Positions 50,402 through 57,986 of a stretch of 58,857 bases of DNA are shown piece by piece (the first letter of the stretch is position 1; the number at the start of each line of letters is the position of its first letter). The translations under genes and the position numbers were made by a program. Where the stretch lies: contig CAZUVH010000002.1 of NCBI GenBank assembly GCA_964623775.1, positions 176,454 to 235,310 of the forward strand, given 5' to 3'. Source of the DNA: an uncultured Candidatus Saccharibacteria bacterium (GTDB taxonomy: Bacteria > Patescibacteriota > Minisyncoccia > Phycocordibacterales > UBA2100). Under the pieces are notes generated by a model. It did no database searches. It was not told the origin of the DNA and saw only the letters and a list, made by a program, of their open reading frames with translations.

Positions 50402-50656
50402 ATGACAGCAGTCCTTGTAATCAAAAACTGGGATCTCGCACTCGCACTTCGCCATCACCGCAACCATCCGCTTGCGGTCGCGATCCGAGATACACTGAGT
50501 GATTGTGGAGCTTCTATTCACCCGCTCAATCTTCCCTTTACCGACGATGGCACCGAAAAGCTTTTTGTCGTTCAAGCAGAGGTAGGTGTTCTTAACGCCC
50601 TACTCCGCGATCTTCGCCATCTCCCCGGCGTCGCTGGAGCATACATAAAAGGCTAA
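50402..50656 (+). CDS. 84-aa hypothetical protein, paralog of 49638-49907
   Basis: AAGGAG SD. See the paralog alignment under 49638-49907. Confidence 0.6.
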   Translation: MTAVLVIKNWDLALALRHHRNHPLAVAIRDTLSDCGASIHPLNLPFTDDGTEKLFVVQAEVGVLNALLRDLRHLPGVAGAYIKG

Positions 50657-50669
50657 AAATACTTGGGTC

Positions 50670-50699
50670 GCCGCTCTTCACGAGCGGCTTTGTTTTTTT
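50670..50699 (+). terminator. intrinsic terminator
   Basis: GCCGCTC-TTCAC-GAGCGGC followed by TTTGTTTTTTT. Confidence 0.8.
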
Positions 50700-50705
50700 A
50701 AAACA

Positions 50706-51758
50706 CTATCCTTCTTTCTTGGCAGGTGTACTGCAATCAATGATCGCGAGCTCCAGCGGAAGGTGCGGCACGGCCGCGTACGCCATGCGCTCGTACGCTT
50801 CGAGGAGTGAGCGGAGGGTATCGGATGTGATTCCCGGATTCTTCACAATATCTTTCGCGAGCGCGAGATCAGCTTCGGTCAATTCATGCGAAAGTTCCTT
50901 TGCGAGCTCGGGCGCAAAACGCAGGAGCAAGACGACACGCATCCGATGGATAAGAAGCTTGGCGAGCGTGCGCATGTCCATGTTCTCAGATACTGCCTGC
51001 TGCACCGCGCGCAGCGATGTAGAAGAATTCTTCTGTGCAAGGCCGCTCAATATCTGTCGCACGAGCTCGCCGCGCGGAGCTCCGGCCACCGCTTCGACTT
51101 CCCCCACATCTACCTTCTTATCTCTCGAGACGGCGAGAACCTTTTGCAATATCGAAAGCGCATCACGGAAGGAACCTTCGGCCAAGAGTGCTACCAATTC
51201 CGCTGCCGCGCGCTCAAATGTATACCCCTCTTTCTTTGCGACGTCGGTCACAATCTGGGTCAGTACCTCTCGCGTCGGCTGATTAAAAGTGTAGATCTCG
51301 CAACGTGACTGGATCGTGTCGGGCACTTTGTCGCGGTCGGTCGTCGCAAGTACAAAAATCGCGTGCGCCGGCGGCTCTTCGAGCGTCTTCAAAAATGCGT
51401 TCCATGCTTCTTTCGTAAGCATGTGGGCCTCGTCGATTATGTACAATTTGTATTTCGAATCGAACGGCATCGCATAGACTCCCTCGCGCAATTCACGGAT
51501 ATCGTCGATACCGCGATTGGACGCAGCGTCCATTTCATACAAATCCTTGTCGGAGACGCCAAGCTCGCGCGCGAGAATACGCGCGACCGAGGTCTTCCCC
51601 GTCCCGCGACCGCCCGCAAAGAGGTATGCGTGCGCGATCTTTTTATTTTTTATCGCCTGTTCGAGGACTTCGGTCACCTGTGGCTGCCCCCGTACCTCGT
51701 CAAAAGATCCCGGTCGATATTGTCGATAAAGAGTCGTATGCTTTTGATCCTTGGCCAT
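50706..51758 (-). CDS. dnaX: DNA polymerase III subunit gamma/tau (short form)
   Basis: Start moved to the ATG at 51758, downstream of the terminator. YRPGSFDEVRGQ, Walker A GGRGTGKTS, and IIDEAHML Walker B. Confidence 0.9.
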   Translation of the reverse strand: MAKDQKHTTLYRQYRPGSFDEVRGQPQVTEVLEQAIKNKKIAHAYLFAGGRGTGKTSVARILARELGVSDKDLYEMDAASNRGIDDIRELREGVYAMPFDSKYKLYIIDEAHMLTKEAWNAFLKTLEEPPAHAIFVLATTDRDKVPDTIQSRCEIYTFNQPTREVLTQIVTDVAKKEGYTFERAAAELVALLAEGSFRDALSILQKVLAVSRDKKVDVGEVEAVAGAPRGELVRQILSGLAQKNSSTSLRAVQQAVSENMDMRTLAKLLIHRMRVVLLLRFAPELAKELSHELTEADLALAKDIVKNPGITSDTLRSLLEAYERMAYAAVPHLPLELAIIDCSTPAKKEG

Positions 51759-51765
51759 CAGCGGC

Positions 51766-51774
51766 AGTATAACA
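51766..51774 (-). promoter_or_regulatory. extended -10 (TGtTATACT) 7 nt before the dnaX ATG
   Basis: Minus strand reads TGTTATACT, gccgctg, ATG. It overlaps the T-tract of the upstream terminator. Confidence 0.45.
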
Positions 51775-51805
51775 AAAGAAATGCCCCACCATTGGTGGGG
51801 CATTT
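51770..51805 (-). terminator. intrinsic terminator after the 51813 gene
   Basis: AAATGCCCCACC-ATT-GGTGGGGCATTT. The minus strand is followed by CTTTTGTT. Confidence 0.8.
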
Positions 51806-51812
51806 AGAGTAG

Positions 51813-53084
51813 TTAGGCGTCTTCATACTGACGGCTGTAGCCATGCAGAATCTGCAAAAGCTCTGGACGCTTCTCGAAGAGCGCCTCCACCTCCTTTTCC
51901 GACATCTTCGCGGCCATCGCCACATTGGCAATCGTCCGCTCATTCTTCGGAAGGAGCTGAGTCTTGTACACAGCGACGAAACACCTATTGTACGGTCTTG
52001 AACTCGGTGCCTTGCTCGCAGTTTTCGTAGACCGTTTCTCAAGTACGTCATGGACCTTGGGCCCTGGCACGGATTTTTTGCGTACCGAGAGATGCCCTTC
52101 ACCGCGCAGATCGAGTGCACGGATATCGTCGCCTTTCAGCCGCTTTTCTACAAATTCGAGCATCCGGGGCTCCGATACGCTAAATGATCGAGCTGCGTTT
52201 TTCGCCAGTTGTATTCGGGTCGGCTTCGCGGTCGTAAAATTCTTGCGCGCCAAATACAGTAGTGCGACTTTTTTCTTGTCATACGTACACCGATGCTTCA
52301 AATCAAGGGCTACTTCATCCTCGAGCTTGAGCGCAGTGCACAAGAAGTTGGTGTGGAACAGTCCGGGCGTCATATACGATGAGCCGCCGGTATCCTTGCG
52401 TAAACGCACCGCAACTTTTGCAAGTTCGAGAAACGTCGGCTTACCCTTAAACTTTTTTCGAGCCTTCTTCGCTGCTTCCAAGAGCTCCGCATACGGAATC
52501 TGGTGCGGGAGCACATCAAGACTTTTTCTGTGTTTTTCACGTAAACGGAAAAAAAAGGTTTTCAGAGCCGCCACCTTGTACTTTGATGACGCTGCTGCAC
52601 GTCTACAGAGATCCAGCACTGTCGGCTTTTCACAGCCGAAAGTGGCCCGAGCCTTGAGGAGACATTGGTACTTCGATTTGTACGGTGCCATATGCGCTTT
52701 GAGACCCAATTCTTTTCGAGTCTCATCACTCATTCCCGTGAGATAGTCGCGCATTCGTCGTACCGGAACGCCAGCATACTGTGGCGCGAGCCTACAGATC
52801 TCATGATGCGAATAGCGAGTACCTTTCGAAAGGAAATCCTTGAGCGGCTTGAAAAGATCCGCGTCGCTCCGAGCCCCGTACCTTGGAGGCTGTTGCAGCT
52901 GCAGTGCAGCGCGTTTAGCTACCGTCAGCTTACTCATCAATTGAATCAGCTGTTTTTTTGTCGCCTCGCACTTCTTCGAAGCGGCTTCTACGAGCTCTCC
53001 GCGCTCCGGCTTATTTTCGCCGAACTCCTTTCGAGTCTCGAACAGGACGCCAATTAACCTCTTCCTTCTTTCACCCGGACGCAT
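51813..53084 (-). CDS. hypothetical protein built of about six copies of a ~60-aa helical (HTH-like) module
   Basis: 423 aa. GAGGAG SD. Modules include YAELLEAAKKARKKFKGKPTFLELAKVAV.., YKSKYQCLLKARATFGCEKPTVLDLCRRAA.. and LLYLARKNFTTAKPTRIQLAKNAA.. Confidence 0.6.
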   Translation of the reverse strand: MRPGERRKRLIGVLFETRKEFGENKPERGELVEAASKKCEATKKQLIQLMSKLTVAKRAALQLQQPPRYGARSDADLFKPLKDFLSKGTRYSHHEICRLAPQYAGVPVRRMRDYLTGMSDETRKELGLKAHMAPYKSKYQCLLKARATFGCEKPTVLDLCRRAAASSKYKVAALKTFFFRLREKHRKSLDVLPHQIPYAELLEAAKKARKKFKGKPTFLELAKVAVRLRKDTGGSSYMTPGLFHTNFLCTALKLEDEVALDLKHRCTYDKKKVALLYLARKNFTTAKPTRIQLAKNAARSFSVSEPRMLEFVEKRLKGDDIRALDLRGEGHLSVRKKSVPGPKVHDVLEKRSTKTASKAPSSRPYNRCFVAVYKTQLLPKNERTIANVAMAAKMSEKEVEALFEKRPELLQILHGYSRQYEDA

Positions 53085-53163
53085 GGGGCGCTCCTCAGTG
53101 TCTATTTACTAGCACATTGGTATCACAAGTCTGTCAAGAGCACAATAACCCACGGCTTCAGGC

Positions 53164-53198
53164 ACAATAAAAGGCCGTCGAACAAGTGTTCGACGGCC
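53164..53198 (-). terminator. intrinsic terminator after the 53205 gene
   Basis: GGCCGTCGAAC-AAGT-GTTCGACGGCC. The minus strand is followed by TTTTATTGT. Confidence 0.8.
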
Positions 53199-53204
53199 AC
53201 TCCT

Positions 53205-53843
53205 CTATTCTTTCGAATACATACCCGAAGCGCGTCTCTTTACCCGCGCAGTGCGGATATTAAGCCCGGTTTTGTGTTCGCTCGGGATTTCGTTACAAAT
53301 GAATGCGTACATTTGATCTGCCGTCAGGCCGGCAAGCGGAGCCGCTGCCATCGCGAGATCCATTGGGGTAACGAATTGTCTTCGATGACTCTTACGATAA
53401 TCCGTGAGAGTCGCCAGTGCCCTTCGAAGCGTCATGATCGTATTCCAGTAGGAAGCGTCTTTGACTCCTGCAAATCCATACTTCAATTCAAATTTCTGGT
53501 TCCAGGAGAACGCCCGCCACAACTTGAAAGCCCCCCACATATTCAAATGCAGCTTTGGTGCCGTCCTCTCTGCAAGTTCAGTGCATGAAACGACGTTTTT
53601 TGCGATCTCCGACCGAGTGGATCGAAATACCTTGAAGACATCGTCAGACGACTCGCCCCAGAGCACGAGCTTGAGCGCCCTCTTTTTTTCTGACGGCAGC
53701 GATTTGATCATGACTCTCGCCTGCTTGACCGTCAGCCCAAGTAGAGGAGCCGCTTTTTCTGCGAGACGCGTGGCCGTTACGACCGATTCGGGCAACAATG
53801 AGCGCGCCTCTGCAATTTTTTCGTACTGCACACTTGCTGGCAT
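53205..53843 (-). CDS. hypothetical protein with three copies of the same module (divergent variant)
   Basis: Start moved to the ATG at 53843, with AAGGTG upstream. Modules VVTATRLAEKAAPLLGLTVKQARVMI, VVSCTELAERTAPKLHLNMWGAFKLW and FVTPMDLAMAAAPLAGLTADQMYAFI. Confidence 0.55.
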   Translation of the reverse strand: MPASVQYEKIAEARSLLPESVVTATRLAEKAAPLLGLTVKQARVMIKSLPSEKKRALKLVLWGESSDDVFKVFRSTRSEIAKNVVSCTELAERTAPKLHLNMWGAFKLWRAFSWNQKFELKYGFAGVKDASYWNTIMTLRRALATLTDYRKSHRRQFVTPMDLAMAAAPLAGLTADQMYAFICNEIPSEHKTGLNIRTARVKRRASGMYSKE

Positions 53844-53917
53844 TGGACCGCACCTTTTCTGCAAAACTAGCACAGTGATATCACTCTTTTGTCAATATCG
53901 CAACAAAATTCTTCAGG

Positions 53918-53956
53918 CAAAAAGAAGGGGCCAATGAAGTTTTAGTTCATTGGCCC
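53918..53956 (-). terminator. intrinsic terminator overlapping the end of the 53947 gene
   Basis: GGGCCAATGAA-7 nt-TTCATTGGCCC. The minus strand is followed by CTTCTTTTTG. Confidence 0.75.
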
Positions 53957-54693
53957 ATGATTTCGACGGAAGCACACTGACCTCCCCTAAATGGTGAGTA
54001 CGCCGGAAGATCCCAGTGCACATTCAGTAATTTTTTATCACCATCTCGAAGTTTTGTGAGCATGAATTGTTTTATCCAATTCTCAGAAACAGCAAGCGCT
54101 GACGCAGCAATTCCAGCGACCTGCTGATAGGTAGGCTTGCCCGAAAATATCGAGCGGGCTTCATGAATCGCAGAGAGATTTTTCGCGTAAGTTCGCTCGC
54201 TCGCTCTCCTATGGCCACTTCGGATCGCATCATTTCTTTTCTGGAGAGTGACTGCCCGCGACTTCAGTCGAAGTGCATACCGGTGCGGCTTACGGAGCAC
54301 TGGCCAGAACCTCTTAAAGCACGCATATGTCCGGCCACTCTGTTCAGCAGCCCGGATGAAGAGCTGCCGCGGCGTCGGCTTTTCTTTGAACGTGGACCGC
54401 GCTACGCGCAACTGCTGTAATTTTTCCGCGTATCCCGTCTCCAACCTCTTCTCAGCGAGAGCAAGATCCTCGATATCACTTTTCTTGAGAATTGAGAGGA
54501 AGACCTTGAGCGATTTTGCATTGAGATTGCCAAGTTTCGCTGCAGACTTCGCAAGTGTTGCGCGCGTGGGTTTCTCACAGAAGTTATTCCGCGCCAGTTT
54601 CAATAAACTTAGCTTGAACGCATAACTCGTGTCAGGCAGTCGCTTTCTTGGGGTCGCGCGCGATGCACCGACCCGATCTCTGTGGGTCGACAT
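53947..54693 (-). CDS. hypothetical protein with three copies of the same module
   Basis: 248 aa. Modules YAFKLSLLKLARNNFCEKPTRATLAKSAA.., YAEKLQQLRVARSTFKEKPTPRQLFIRAA.. and YAKNLSAIHEARSIFSGKPTYQQVAGIAA.. Confidence 0.6.
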   Translation of the reverse strand: MSTHRDRVGASRATPRKRLPDTSYAFKLSLLKLARNNFCEKPTRATLAKSAAKLGNLNAKSLKVFLSILKKSDIEDLALAEKRLETGYAEKLQQLRVARSTFKEKPTPRQLFIRAAEQSGRTYACFKRFWPVLRKPHRYALRLKSRAVTLQKRNDAIRSGHRRASERTYAKNLSAIHEARSIFSGKPTYQQVAGIAASALAVSENWIKQFMLTKLRDGDKKLLNVHWDLPAYSPFRGGQCASVEIMGQ

Positions 54694-54732
54694 CGTTTAA
54701 CCTTTGCACTGTTTTAAGCTAACACATTATTA

Positions 54733-55692
54733 TCACGGTTTTGTCAATAGAGCAAGAGCTGCCTTCACGCTTTCGGTCTCCATCAAATGCACGCGTAATT
54801 CCTTGGCACCGTCCCACCCTGATACGTAGGCCTTGAAATGCTTTTTCATGACGGCGAAATTGGTGTTGCCGGTCAGTAATTCGTCGAAAAATTCGAGATG
54901 CTTGATGAGAGCGGCGATTCGCTCTTCTTTGGTCGGTAATTTTTCCCGGTCGAGAAAGAGCCAGGGATTCCCAAAAATCGCACGACCGAGCATGACACCG
55001 TCGCATTTCGTGACGGCAGCTTTTGCACGCGCATCTTTCATATCCTGCACATCACCGTTACCCAAGATGAGTGTCTTGGATTTCAGACTATCGCGAATCT
55101 CTACCGCGCGAGCGATCCTCTCCCACCTTGCGGGCACCAGCGACATCTCCTTGCGTGTGCGCGCGTGCATTGTGATCGCGACGGGATTTTCGGCGAGCAA
55201 TTCAGGGAGCCAGGTCTCAAGCTCATCGGTGTTGTATCCAAGGCGCGTTTTGACGGACACCGGCAATCCTGCGGTCTTTGCGGCACGAATAAGCTCGCGC
55301 GCACGTGGTGGATCTTTCATAAGTGCGGCGCCGCACGCCTGGCGGACCACTTCGTCGACTGGGCACCCCATATTGATATCGATCCCATCAAAACCAAGCT
55401 CGGCAGCGAGCTTCGAAGCTTTTTCCATATATTCCGGATTGCCGGAAAAAAGCTGTGCGACAATCGGCCGCTCTGTCTCTGAGTACAGTAATTTCTTGCG
55501 TAATTTCCGCTGCCCGTTTTCATCGGCAAGTATGAGACCGTCGGCCGACGTGAATTCGGTAAACATCACATCTGGCTTGCCGTACTCGGCAATGATCCGT
55601 CGGAATGCCGCATCAGTCACATCCTCAAGCGGCGCAAGTGCAAAAAAGGGCTTCGGGAGAGATTGCCAGAAATTTTTCCCTGAAATTTTCAT
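54733..55692 (-). CDS. tRNA-dihydrouridine synthase (Dus family)
   Basis: 319 aa. LAPLEDVTDAAFRRI, GFDGIDINMGCP, and a TIM-barrel FMN pattern. Confidence 0.9.
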   Translation of the reverse strand: MKISGKNFWQSLPKPFFALAPLEDVTDAAFRRIIAEYGKPDVMFTEFTSADGLILADENGQRKLRKKLLYSETERPIVAQLFSGNPEYMEKASKLAAELGFDGIDINMGCPVDEVVRQACGAALMKDPPRARELIRAAKTAGLPVSVKTRLGYNTDELETWLPELLAENPVAITMHARTRKEMSLVPARWERIARAVEIRDSLKSKTLILGNGDVQDMKDARAKAAVTKCDGVMLGRAIFGNPWLFLDREKLPTKEERIAALIKHLEFFDELLTGNTNFAVMKKHFKAYVSGWDGAKELRVHLMETESVKAALALLTKP

Positions 55693-55716
55693 TGGCGCAT
55701 AGTATCACTCACCCAC

Positions 55717-56646
55717 TCACTCTGCAGCATTTTCCCCTTGAAATTTAAAATACACACGATTGCCAAATCTGAGATCGACGTATGCGAGGTCTGATTCCTT
55801 CCCCTTTAGCGCGTCCGACGAGAGGACAAGCTGCAAATCGCGTACGAGTTTGCTCGCATCCACTCCGAATCGAATCTTGATGTCATAGCCCTTGATGAGG
55901 TGTGCTCGATAATCAGTATCGGATTCGACCGAAGCGCCGCCTGCAGCAAATCCCGATTTGCGCAGGCGTTCGAGGACCGCAAATATCTCCTGCAAGCGTC
56001 CACCTGCAAATGTCTGTCCGATGGGTGCAGATGACGTCGCCACACCGCCATCAAATGTGTATGACGTCACCGTAATCGTGGAGGCCTCATCGAAGATAAA
56101 GCCGGAATCATCCATTCGATAACACACGCTGTTTTCGGAGCACCACAGAGCTGCCGGGCGTCGCTCGTCAATCGCAATCATGAGTGATTGCGAGAATTTA
56201 GACTGGCGCGTGATCTTGACCGCTCGAAGGCGGGGCATGTCGCGCAAAAGCCCTTGCTCAATCGCTACTCGGTCAAAAAAGAAAATATTTTTCTGCGAAA
56301 TATAGTGCCACGTGGAATCATCGATCTGTTTCGAGACGTACTCCATCACTGTCTGCTTTGAAATCTCGTTATTTCCCGTCACGTGTATCGAATTGATCAC
56401 AAAACGCTCGTGGCGCGAGAGCCAACTGATCCCGAATACGAGCACTGCTACCAGGCAGAGTATGATCGCCGCCACTATGAGGCGCGCCTTGCGTCTACGA
56501 GCACGTAATGGCGTTGCTTTTTCCGATCGCTTGGCAAATGAGCTTGAGCGCCGCTCGAGGAAACGGGCACGTTTTTCCCTAAGATCGAGCATTTTTTGAA
56601 AAGCCATACCAAATATCCCGGGCGGAATACCCGAGTGTCCCCTCAT
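55717..56646 (-). CDS. ftsQ: cell division protein FtsQ/DivIB (POTRA domain)
   Basis: 309 aa. GAGG 6 nt before the ATG at 56646. Basic cytoplasmic tail, one TM, then POTRA INSIHVTGNNEISKQTVMEYV. Confidence 0.8.
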   Translation of the reverse strand: MRGHSGIPPGIFGMAFQKMLDLREKRARFLERRSSSFAKRSEKATPLRARRRKARLIVAAIILCLVAVLVFGISWLSRHERFVINSIHVTGNNEISKQTVMEYVSKQIDDSTWHYISQKNIFFFDRVAIEQGLLRDMPRLRAVKITRQSKFSQSLMIAIDERRPAALWCSENSVCYRMDDSGFIFDEASTITVTSYTFDGGVATSSAPIGQTFAGGRLQEIFAVLERLRKSGFAAGGASVESDTDYRAHLIKGYDIKIRFGVDASKLVRDLQLVLSSDALKGKESDLAYVDLRFGNRVYFKFQGENAAE

Positions 56647-56718
56647 TATAACCCTCGGCCGTAGCCCTACGGGCGAGGCGTCCCGTGGTAGGGCCGTTGC
56701 GGCGCGAGCCCACCTCTC

Positions 56719-57984
56719 CTATTTTTTCGCAATACTATCCTTACCCATGTACGGCCTCAATGCTTCGGGAATCGCAATCGATCCATCAGCCTGTTGGTAG
56801 TTTTCAACGATATGGCAGAGGATGCGCGGGAGTGCGAGCGCTGTGTTGTTGAGAGAGTGTGCAAATCGTACCGTCTCGCCGTCGCGATAGCGGATATTGA
56901 GGCGCCTCGTCTGGAAATCATGGAAATACGACGATGAATGCGTCTCGCGGTAGCGCTTCTCGCTCGGCATCCATGCTTCTATGTCGTATTTCTTCACCTG
57001 CCCCAGGCCGATATCGCCTCCGCAATTCAAGACAACATGATACGGAAGCTTGAGTTCCTGCAAAAGCGCTTCGGAATTCGCCGTGAGCTCCTCGTGATGC
57101 CTGACCGATTCTTCGTGCGAGGCTTCGCAGAGTATCACCTGCTCGTATTTCACAAATTCGTGCACGCGAAAAATTCCCTTCTCGTCTTTACCATGACTCC
57201 CCGCTTCACGGCGGAAGCACGGTGAGAACGCGAAGAATTTGATCGGCAGGTCTTTCTTATCCAAAATCTCGTCCATGTAATATCCCATCGCAGCGACCTC
57301 TGCCGTCCCGGCGAGATAATCGCCGTCTTGAGTCTTGTACAAATCTTCCTCGCTCTGTGGCAAATATCCTGTGCCCATAAACGGCTCTTTGCGTACGAGT
57401 GACGGGACGATCATCGGCTGAAATCCCTCGCGATTCATAAATCGATCTTGCACGAATCGCTCAAGCGCCCACACAAGCCGCACGCCGTCGTTTTTCAAAA
57501 AGTAGCCGCGGAAGCCGGCGACCTTTGCGCCTCGCTCCAAATCCGCCATATCATTTGCGAGAAGAAGTTCCGACGCCGATTTCGGTTCAAAATCAAATTT
57601 TGGAAGTTCGCCCCATAGCTTTACCTCTTGATTGTCGGCATCCGATTCGCCTTCCGGGACCGAGATATCAGGGACGTTGGGTACATGGAGCATGAGCAAG
57701 CGCCACTCTTTCATCACCTCGGCGAGCGATTCCTCGGCAAGCTTGAGCGTCTCTTTGACCTGCTGCATGCTCGCGATGAGTTTCTGGCGCTCTTCCGGCG
57801 AGGCCTTGGCAATCGCTTCGGATGCCACATTTTGTTCAGCGCGCTTTTGATCGTAGGTCGCCTGAAGTTCGCGGCGCTTGGTGTCGAGCTCCAGGAGCCT
57901 CTCGATGTCCACCTTGATGCGCTTCTTGCGCGCGCCCGCTTCTACGATATCCTTATTTTCTCGGATAAATTTGATATCCAGCAT
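56719..57984 (-). CDS. serS: seryl-tRNA synthetase
   Basis: 421 aa. N-terminal coiled-coil MLDIKFIRENKD... Class II motifs FRVHEFVKYE and NNTALALPRIL. Confidence 0.95.
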   Translation of the reverse strand: MLDIKFIRENKDIVEAGARKKRIKVDIERLLELDTKRRELQATYDQKRAEQNVASEAIAKASPEERQKLIASMQQVKETLKLAEESLAEVMKEWRLLMLHVPNVPDISVPEGESDADNQEVKLWGELPKFDFEPKSASELLLANDMADLERGAKVAGFRGYFLKNDGVRLVWALERFVQDRFMNREGFQPMIVPSLVRKEPFMGTGYLPQSEEDLYKTQDGDYLAGTAEVAAMGYYMDEILDKKDLPIKFFAFSPCFRREAGSHGKDEKGIFRVHEFVKYEQVILCEASHEESVRHHEELTANSEALLQELKLPYHVVLNCGGDIGLGQVKKYDIEAWMPSEKRYRETHSSSYFHDFQTRRLNIRYRDGETVRFAHSLNNTALALPRILCHIVENYQQADGSIAIPEALRPYMGKDSIAKK

Positions 57985-57986
57985 TC

